Under the pieces are notes generated by a model that worked only from the letters and a program-made list of their open reading frames with translations, ran no database searches and was not told the origin of the DNA. From Clostridia bacterium (GTDB lineage Bacteria > Bacillota > Clostridia > Oscillospirales > CAG-272): a DNA stretch of 64,000 bases. Each line of letters starts with the position of its first letter. Positions within the stretch are counted from its first letter, which is position 1. A program made the position numbers and the translations under genes. The DNA is taken from positions 357,845 to 421,844 of the forward strand of contig JAFUQU010000014.1 in NCBI GenBank assembly GCA_017472255.1, written 5' to 3'. Shown piece after piece: positions 57,675-64,000 of the stretch.

Positions 57675-57701
57675 AATCATTCAAAAGGAGTCAACGCTTT
57701 T

Positions 57702-59195
57702 ATGCTGCTGACACACATTCTCGCCGATCTGAACTATACATCCGATACCCCTGCCGAAAAGCTGGGACGTATCAATATTGCCGACATCGTTTATGATTCC
57801 CGCAAAGCGGTGCCCGGGACGATGTTCATCTGCCTCATCGGCGCGGTGTCCGACGGACACAATTACGCAGAGGGCGCTTATCAGAGCGGCTGCCGGGTCT
57901 TTCTGGTGCAGCGAAAGCTGGAACTGCCCGCCGACGCGGTGCAGATTCTGGTGGAAGATACCCGCACGTCCATGGCATTGGCATCGGCGGCGCTGTTTGA
58001 ATATCCGGCGCGCTCGCTGCTCATCATCGGCGTTACCGGCACCAAGGGAAAAACCACCGTTGCGTCGCTGGTTGCCGATATTCTCAGCGAGGGCGGCATC
58101 AACACCGCTTACATCGGTACTACCGGCATCCTGATCAACGGCGTGCGCACACCTACGGTGAACACCACCCCCGAAAGCTACGAACTGCACAAAGCCTTCC
58201 GCAAAATGGTGGAATCGGGCGTGTCCTGCTGCGTCATGGAGGTGTCCAGTCAGGCGGTCTATATGCGCCGCATCACCGGCATTCACTTTCACATCGGCGT
58301 GTTCACTAACCTCTCCCCCGATCACATCGGCGGTGTGGAGCATCCCACCTTCGAGCATTATATGAGCTGCAAGGCGGAACTGTTCAAACAGTGCCGCTAC
58401 GGTATTTTCAACGCGGACGATTCGCATTTCACCGATATGGTGAAAAACGCCCGGTCGATCAACACCACCTTCGGGCTGGAAGCAAACGGTGTCCGCGATA
58501 TCAGTGCCCGGGATATGCGCCCGTGGAAGCGAGGAAATCTGCTGGGAGAACGGTTTATCTGCAAATCCGTGCTGGGCGAAAGCGAAATCGAGCTGCGTAT
58601 GCCCGGCGAGTTTAACGTTTACAACGCGCTGGCAGCCATTGCCGTGGCGCAGCGGATGGGCATCCGGGAGAGCGTGATCAAAAGTGCCCTTGCCAAAGCT
58701 ACGGTGCGCGGACGCTTCGAAATCGTGGACGCGCTGCCCGACGCGGTGACGATTATCGATTACGCCCACAATGCCGTCTCCATGCGTGCCGCGCTGGAGA
58801 CGATTCGCAAGTACCAGCCCAAACGGCTGGTGGTGCTTTTTGGCTCGGTGGGCGGACGAACCCAGCTGCGCCGGGGCGAGCTGGGGGAAATCGCCGCCAC
58901 TATGGCGGATTTCTGCATCATCACCAGCGATAACCCCAATTTTGAGCCGCCGGAGGACATTATTCACGACATCGAGGAAAGCGTGGCCGCCACCTCCTGT
59001 CCCTATGTTACCTTTGTCGATCGCCGGGAGGCTGTACGTTATGCAATCGGTCACGCGCTGGCGGGCGACTGCATCCTGTTCGCCGGAAAGGGGCATGAGC
59101 AGTATCAGCTGATCGAGGGCGAATACTGCCATTACGACGAGCGGGAGGAAATTCTCGCGGCTGCGGCTGCGGTTCGCGCGGCGGTCAATCAATAA
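57702..59195 (+). CDS. murE: UDP-N-acetylmuramoyl-L-alanyl-D-glutamate ligase, Lys-type signature (DNPN instead of DNPR)
   Basis: Mur ligase domains (GVTGTKGKTT P-loop); DNPN at residues 410-413 (nt 58929-58940). Confidence 0.8.
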   Translation: MLLTHILADLNYTSDTPAEKLGRINIADIVYDSRKAVPGTMFICLIGAVSDGHNYAEGAYQSGCRVFLVQRKLELPADAVQILVEDTRTSMALASAALFEYPARSLLIIGVTGTKGKTTVASLVADILSEGGINTAYIGTTGILINGVRTPTVNTTPESYELHKAFRKMVESGVSCCVMEVSSQAVYMRRITGIHFHIGVFTNLSPDHIGGVEHPTFEHYMSCKAELFKQCRYGIFNADDSHFTDMVKNARSINTTFGLEANGVRDISARDMRPWKRGNLLGERFICKSVLGESEIELRMPGEFNVYNALAAIAVAQRMGIRESVIKSALAKATVRGRFEIVDALPDAVTIIDYAHNAVSMRAALETIRKYQPKRLVVLFGSVGGRTQLRRGELGEIAATMADFCIITSDNPNFEPPEDIIHDIEESVAATSCPYVTFVDRREAVRYAIGHALAGDCILFAGKGHEQYQLIEGEYCHYDEREEILAAAAAVRAAVNQ

Positions 59196-59218
59196 GTTCA
59201 AAACGGAGAACGTAAAAA

Positions 59219-60694
59219 ATGAAGAAACGGCTTCTCTCCCTGCTTCTTGCATCGCTCCTTGCTCTCACAGCCTGCGGTGGGTCGGCTTCGCCCGATGAAA
59301 CGCAGGAAAGCAGAACCTACACCCACGACGAGCGCATGGAAATCCTTGACGATACCGCGTTAAAGCTGCCTGTAGATTTCTACGAAACGGAGGCGAAGGC
59401 TCGCTATTTCGAAACGCTGGATATTATCCGGCAGGAATATTTTGAGCCGATGTCCGTAGCCGATCAGTGCTTTACCGATTTTCTGGAGGCGAAAGCGGCG
59501 CTGACCTGCTCCTATCGCAGCGACTATCCGGTGATCGTCATCACCGCCCCGAACAATCTGGGCAAAACCTACGCAGACGGGTATGTGACGGTCATTGAAG
59601 ACGGCGAGATCATCGAGAGCGATGTGACCATCAAGGTTCGCGGCAACAGCACCGCCGGTGCGCCCAAGAAGCCGTACAACATTAAATTCCCCGAATCGGT
59701 GTCCCTGCTGGGCATGGAGGAGGGCAAAAAGTGGTCGCTGCTGGCGAATATGTTCGACAAAACCATGCTGCGCAATAAGCTGGCGCTGGATTTTGCCGGA
59801 GAGATGGGGCTGGCGCACACCTCCCAGTCGGAGTTCTGCGAGGTCTGGTTCAACGGAAAGTATCAGGGCAACTACCTGCTCTGCGAGCCGGTTTCGGACG
59901 GCAAGAACCGCTTGGATCTGGACACGTCGGGTAACGAGTTTATTCTGGAGATCACGCCCTTCGGCGGCTGGAGCTTCAAGTCGGGCGCTGGGGTGGAGAT
60001 TCTCTACGATTCGCCCGAAGATCCCACCGAGGCTCAGAAGACATATCTGAACAAACTGCTGGATTTGGCTGAGGCTGCCATGGAAAGCGGCGATTTGAAG
60101 GAATGTGCGAAGTATATCGATGTGCAGTCGTTCATCGATCTCTACTGCATGATGGAGCTGTTCAAGGATGTGGACGGCTACTGGAAATCGCTCTATTTCT
60201 ACGTGAAAGACGATAAGCTTTGCGCCGGACCTGCGTGGGATTTTGACCTGTCCTGCGGCAACGTGAGCAAAACCTACGTGGAGGATAATTACTTCAACTA
60301 CCACAATTCCAACGGTTACGGCGATAAGTCCAACGACAGCACCCATGGTTTACGCATGGCTCACGGCTGGTGGGCGATTCTGCTGGAATCGGAGGAGTTC
60401 GCGTCGATGGTGCGTGAGCGGTATCTGGAATTGCAGTCGCTGATTGTCAATCTGTACGAGGACAACGAGCTGGGCGGAAACCGCATCGATGCGCTGATCG
60501 AGGAAAACGGCGCGTCCTTTAACCGGGAGTATACGAAGGACGACGGCTCGGGCTATGGCGCGGGTTGGAGCATCAGCGAGATCTATTCGATCTATGCGGG
60601 CGAGTCTATGGGCGATTATGAGGATAACGTGGAGTTTCTTCGGGAGTGGCTGCGTGACCGCAACGCCTGGCTTCTTGAAAATATAGGAAAATAA
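59219..60694 (+). CDS. CotH-family lipoprotein
   Basis: Lipobox LTACGG; CotH kinase-fold motifs (NIKFPESVSLLG..., VWFNGKYQGNYLLCEPV). Confidence 0.65.
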   Translation: MKKRLLSLLLASLLALTACGGSASPDETQESRTYTHDERMEILDDTALKLPVDFYETEAKARYFETLDIIRQEYFEPMSVADQCFTDFLEAKAALTCSYRSDYPVIVITAPNNLGKTYADGYVTVIEDGEIIESDVTIKVRGNSTAGAPKKPYNIKFPESVSLLGMEEGKKWSLLANMFDKTMLRNKLALDFAGEMGLAHTSQSEFCEVWFNGKYQGNYLLCEPVSDGKNRLDLDTSGNEFILEITPFGGWSFKSGAGVEILYDSPEDPTEAQKTYLNKLLDLAEAAMESGDLKECAKYIDVQSFIDLYCMMELFKDVDGYWKSLYFYVKDDKLCAGPAWDFDLSCGNVSKTYVEDNYFNYHNSNGYGDKSNDSTHGLRMAHGWWAILLESEEFASMVRERYLELQSLIVNLYEDNELGGNRIDALIEENGASFNREYTKDDGSGYGAGWSISEIYSIYAGESMGDYEDNVEFLREWLRDRNAWLLENIGK

Positions 60695-60721
60695 AATCTG
60701 GCAAATAAAGAGGGTTTGAAT

Positions 60722-61567
60722 ATGAAAATACTCATCTGCGGTTTAGGTCTGATCGGCGGCTCCATGGCGCGGGCGCTGAAATATTTCACCGAGCACACGG
60801 TGGTTGGCTACGATCCCGACGAGGAATCGGCGCGCAAGGCGGTGCTTGTGGGCGCGTGCGATGATGCGTCCACCGAGATACCCGATGTGTCCGGCTTTGA
60901 TGTGATTCTGCTGGCGGCATACCCCAACGCATCCAAGGCGTTTCTGGAGCAATATGCCGATCGTATCAGCCCAAACGCTCATGTGTTCGATCTGGGCGGC
61001 ACCAAGCGTATGGTCTGCGAAGCGGGCTTCACGGCGGCGAAACGGGTGGGCTTTTCCTTCATCGGCGGACATCCTATGGCGGGCACCCAGTTCTCCGGCT
61101 TCACGGCGTCCAAGGAATCGCTGTACAAGAATGCCACCATGCTGCTGGTTCCGCCGGCTGATGTTGACGCGGCGGATATGGATTTTGCGGTGAGCTTCTT
61201 CAAGGAGGTTGGCTTTGCTGCGGTGCGTATCACCACGGCGGAGGAGCACGACGAGATTATTGCCTACACCTCGCAGCTGGCACACGTGCTGTCGAATGCT
61301 TACGTCAAAAGTCCCACATCTCGCCGTCACAAGGGATTCAGTGCGGGCAGCTTCCGCGACCTGACTCGGGTGGCGCATCTGAATCCGCAGATGTGGAGCG
61401 AGCTGTTTATGGAGAACAAGGACAACCTGATTCCCGAGGTGGAGCGCCTCGCCGCCGAGCTGATGGCGTATGCCGACGCCATGCGCGACGGGGATGGGGA
61501 GCGTCTGACCCAGCTGTTGGCTGACGGAAGCCGGATCAACGACGAGATCAAAGAAGGTAACTTCTGA
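60722..61567 (+). CDS. tyrA: Prephenate dehydrogenase
   Basis: N-terminal Rossmann ICGLGLIGGSMA; PDH C-terminal domain; RBS AGAGGG. Confidence 0.8.
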   Translation: MKILICGLGLIGGSMARALKYFTEHTVVGYDPDEESARKAVLVGACDDASTEIPDVSGFDVILLAAYPNASKAFLEQYADRISPNAHVFDLGGTKRMVCEAGFTAAKRVGFSFIGGHPMAGTQFSGFTASKESLYKNATMLLVPPADVDAADMDFAVSFFKEVGFAAVRITTAEEHDEIIAYTSQLAHVLSNAYVKSPTSRRHKGFSAGSFRDLTRVAHLNPQMWSELFMENKDNLIPEVERLAAELMAYADAMRDGDGERLTQLLADGSRINDEIKEGNF

Positions 61568-61577
61568 TACATAGGGA

Positions 61578-61610
61578 AGGAGCCGACATCGTGGGATGTC
61601 GGCTCCTTTT
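61578..61610 (+). terminator. Rho-independent terminator after tyrA
   Basis: aggagccgacatc-gtggg-atgtcggctcct + TTTT. Confidence 0.8.
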
Positions 61611-61642
61611 GTAACGATTCTGTGAACATATGCGATTTCCCC

Positions 61643-61700
61643 TTGACAAATCTGGTTGGTAGTTGTAGACTATAGATACAGGTCGGTAATAACCAACCAA
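61643..61700 (+). promoter_or_regulatory. Promoter (TTGACA-17-TAGACT) overlapping an inverted repeat GGTTGGT..ACCAACC (candidate BlaI-type operator)
   Basis: TTGACA 61643-61648; TAGACT 61666-71; GGTTGGT 61654-60 and ACCAACC about 61692-98. Confidence 0.4.
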
Positions 61701-61720
61701 ATCGAACAAGGGGGATAACA

Positions 61721-62083
61721 ATGGAAAACCTGAAACTCTGTGAAAGCGATTACCGCTTCATGTGCGTGATCTGGGACAACGAGCCGCTGACGTCCCGGCG
61801 TCTGGTGGAACTGTGCGCCGGACGTCTTGGCTGGAAGAAGCCCACCACCTACACCACGCTGAAAAAGCTCTGCGACAAAGGGTTCGCGCAGAACGTGGAC
61901 ACCATCGTCACTTCGCTGATACCACGGGAACGGGTGCAGGCTTACGAAAGCGAGCGCTTTGTGGAACGCGCCTTCGACGGTTCGCTGCCCGGATTTTTAG
62001 CGTCCTTCCTCGGCGGCAAGACGATTTCCGACGAGGAAGCCGAAGCGCTGAAGGCGCTGATCGACGCGCATCGGGAGGATTGA
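61721..62083 (+). CDS. BlaI/MecI/CopY-family transcriptional repressor
   Basis: Winged-helix N-terminus (RFMCVIWDNEPLTSRRLVE..KPTTYTTLKKLCDKGF) plus dimerisation C-terminus; 120 aa. Confidence 0.8.
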   Translation: MENLKLCESDYRFMCVIWDNEPLTSRRLVELCAGRLGWKKPTTYTTLKKLCDKGFAQNVDTIVTSLIPRERVQAYESERFVERAFDGSLPGFLASFLGGKTISDEEAEALKALIDAHRED

Positions 62084-62084
62084 C

Positions 62085-63392
62085 ATGGAAGGGGGATTTG
62101 TGACGATTCTCAACATGAGCATCGCCGCGTCATGGGTGATATTGGCGATACTGGCGGTGCGGCTGGCGCTTGCGCGAGCGCCGAAGAAGTTTTCCTATTG
62201 GCTGTGGATTGCGGCGGGCTTCCGGCTCTGCTGCCCGGTGGGAGTGAAGCTGCCGTTCAGCTTGTTCAACCTGCTTCGTACCGATGATATGACTTTCGTG
62301 CCTGCCGACCTCGGCATGATGGCAGAACCGCAGGTTTCCACCGGCTCTTTGGCGGCGGATTCGCTGATCAACCCGCTGCTTCCGGCGGCGACGCCGCAGT
62401 ACAGTGCCAATCCGATGCAGATTTGGCTATTCGCCGGCGCAATCATCTGGATTGCCGGTGCGGCGGCGATATTGCTTTACGGCGTGATTTCTTACGGGTT
62501 GACGGCTTATCGGATGCGGACTGCGGTAAAGCTGGAGGGAAATGTCTGGCAGTCCGATCGGGTGCGATCACCCTTTGTCATGGGGATATGGAAGCCGCGC
62601 ATTTTTGTTCCGTTTGGGCTGAATGACGAGACGATGCGCTATGTGCTGGCGCATGAACGGTTCCACATCCGGCATGGCGACCATGCTGTTCGGCTGTTTT
62701 CCTACGGATTGTTGGCGCTCCACTGGTTCAATCCCCTCTGCTGGCTGGCGTATAGGCTGATGGGGTGGGACATGGAGCTGCGCTGCGACGAGGCGGTTCT
62801 GGCATCTGGCGAAAGCAGGACGGCATACAGCGAGACGCTGCTGGCACTGGCGGCGAATTCACGGCGGTTTATGCCGGGGCTGTCCGGTTTTGGTGAGACG
62901 GGCGTTCGGGCGCGGATAAAGAACGCGCTGCGCTGGCGTGAGCCGAAGCGCTGGGTCAACGCGGCGGCAGCCGTCGCGGTGGTTGCCGTGGTGACGGCGT
63001 GCGCATCCGACCCGGCGGTGGAGGCGCTGGAGACGTTGGATTCCTGCTTTGTCCATATCGAGGGGCGGAGCTTCACCGCGCAGGCGGCGAAGGATTTTAA
63101 CTTCGACTACGATAAGCTGCCCGACTTGATTGTTGACGGCGAAGGGACGCTGGTTATCAATGTCTCCGTTTCCGGCGATACGCTGACTGTGGGCGAGGAC
63201 TACTATCAGGCGTTGGGGACGAATGGCACTACGATCAAGAGGGAGACCTTTACGCTGAATCGGGACGATGACGGTCTGTTCCGGCTTCCTGTGAAGCGGC
63301 GAGGTACGTCATCGGAGGATGAGTACGCGGTTTATTACATCGTGGGCGACGACGGAAAATACTCGGTTCGGGTGCTGTTTCCCGCTTCATAA
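62085..63392 (+). CDS. BlaR1-like M56-family membrane metalloprotease with non-PBP extracellular C-terminal domain
   Basis: 4-TM N-domain; HEXXH (AHERFHIRHGDH); C-terminal about 150 aa unlike the penicillin-binding sensor domain. Confidence 0.7.
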   Translation: MEGGFVTILNMSIAASWVILAILAVRLALARAPKKFSYWLWIAAGFRLCCPVGVKLPFSLFNLLRTDDMTFVPADLGMMAEPQVSTGSLAADSLINPLLPAATPQYSANPMQIWLFAGAIIWIAGAAAILLYGVISYGLTAYRMRTAVKLEGNVWQSDRVRSPFVMGIWKPRIFVPFGLNDETMRYVLAHERFHIRHGDHAVRLFSYGLLALHWFNPLCWLAYRLMGWDMELRCDEAVLASGESRTAYSETLLALAANSRRFMPGLSGFGETGVRARIKNALRWREPKRWVNAAAAVAVVAVVTACASDPAVEALETLDSCFVHIEGRSFTAQAAKDFNFDYDKLPDLIVDGEGTLVINVSVSGDTLTVGEDYYQALGTNGTTIKRETFTLNRDDDGLFRLPVKRRGTSSEDEYAVYYIVGDDGKYSVRVLFPAS

Positions 63393-63399
63393 AAGCAAG

Positions 63400-63440
63400 C
63401 CAGCCGCGCTTATGCGCGGCTGGTGTTGTGTTTATTCTTT
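63400..63440. terminator. Bidirectional terminator sharing a 22-nt core with the hairpin at 18641-18662
   Basis: ccagccgcgc-ttat-gcgcggctgg followed by a T-rich tract. Confidence 0.7.
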
Positions 63441-64000
63441 GTCCAGCACAAGCTGTACCATGCGGTAGTCGCCGGGAACACGGACGTCGATGCCGTCGGC
63501 GTCGATGTCCGAGCCTGCGAGCAGCTGCTCGCCCATGCGATAGTTGGCGTCGGTATCTAGCACCGGGCAGACAGTGATGGCGCTCTGGCGGTTCTTCCAC
63601 GAGAAAACCAGCAGCTCAATGTGCTCAAAGGCGGTGTCGCTGAATTCCAGTACCAGCATGGTCGGCGTGTCAGTGAGAATGCGGCAGACAGCCTTTTTCC
63701 AGAATTCCTCCTTCGCCTTATGTGCGGCGATGAAGTCGCGCAGCATGGCGCGGGTTTCAGGGGAGAGACGGTTCAGATCGCAGCTGAAGCCCATGGCGCC
63801 TCCGGTGAGAAAGCCCCGTAGAAAGCTGCCGTCCACGCTGACTACCCTTGTCCAGATGGCGTCGTCGGTGGCGAGAATCTTCTCCGTGGTTCCGCCGGTG
63901 CCGTAGACCGGTTCAAACCCAGTCAGCGATGTGATGGTCGCCCACTTCTCAATGGCGCAGGGAGGCATACGGAGCAGGGTATCCTTGAAGATGCGGATGC
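63432..64000 (-). CDS. C-terminal part of a glycoside-hydrolase-like protein (possibly GH36-type), partial: start lies beyond the window end
   Basis: Open frame running into the window edge; beta-sandwich-like C-terminal region. Confidence 0.3.
   Translation of the reverse strand, partial: IRIFKDTLLRMPPCAIEKWATITSLTGFEPVYGTGGTTEKILATDDAIWTRVVSVDGSFLRGFLTGGAMGFSCDLNRLSPETRAMLRDFIAAHKAKEEFWKKAVCRILTDTPTMLVLEFSDTAFEHIELLVFSWKNRQSAITVCPVLDTDANYRMGEQLLAGSDIDADGIDVRVPGDYRMVQLVLDKE

Noticed and set aside
1-64000. CRISPR arrays, transposases, integrases, phage genes
   Set aside because: No direct-repeat/spacer periodicity and no IS-like terminal inverted repeats or recombinase motifs seen. The window appears to be core chromosome.

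Overview
High-GC (~60%) chromosomal segment from a Gram-positive, spore-forming, Clostridia-like anaerobe. Supporting signs: an SLH-domain S-layer protein, GerA/SpoVAF-like and CwlD-like sporulation proteins, CotH and YerB/DUF3048 lipoproteins, and sigma-A-like TTGACA-17-TATAAT promoters. The window is mostly core metabolism arranged in tight operons. No CRISPR array, transposase, integrase or phage gene is visible. Main content, 5' to 3': (1) a split, archaeal-type glutamate synthase operon (amidotransferase, ferredoxin-FMN subunit, ferredoxin, FAD/NAD(P)H oxidoreductase, GXGXG subunit), then glnA and an AmiR/NasT-type ANTAR regulator; the operon leader carries a terminator/antiterminator pair. 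(2) A minus-strand GntR - membrane protein - three tandem paralogous exported proteins of unknown family - ABC ATPase operon. This is the most novel-looking system. (3) A glycan/amino-sugar utilisation locus (three SGNH esterases, a TIM-barrel glycosidase, two AraC and one XRE regulator, nagB, a Gfo/Idh/MocA oxidoreductase, nagA, a decayed second Gfo/Idh/MocA copy, ldhA). (4) A riboswitch-like leader before a PnuC-family transporter, and a structured RNA element before an SPFH-domain gene. (5) rpmB, pgi, aroK, fabV, ppiB, tyrA, ilvE, a ThrE-family pair, an ECF sigma factor with a ~370-aa C-terminal extension, and an HxxxDG acyltransferase translationally coupled to a zinc-ribbon membrane protein. 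(6) A putative peptidoglycan D-Asp/D-iso-Asn cross-bridge locus: AsnB-family amidotransferase, ATP-grasp ligase, aspartate racemase, and a MurE carrying the Lys-type DNPN motif. (7) A BlaI/BlaR1-like pair. All calls rest on reading the sequence directly; no database search was run.
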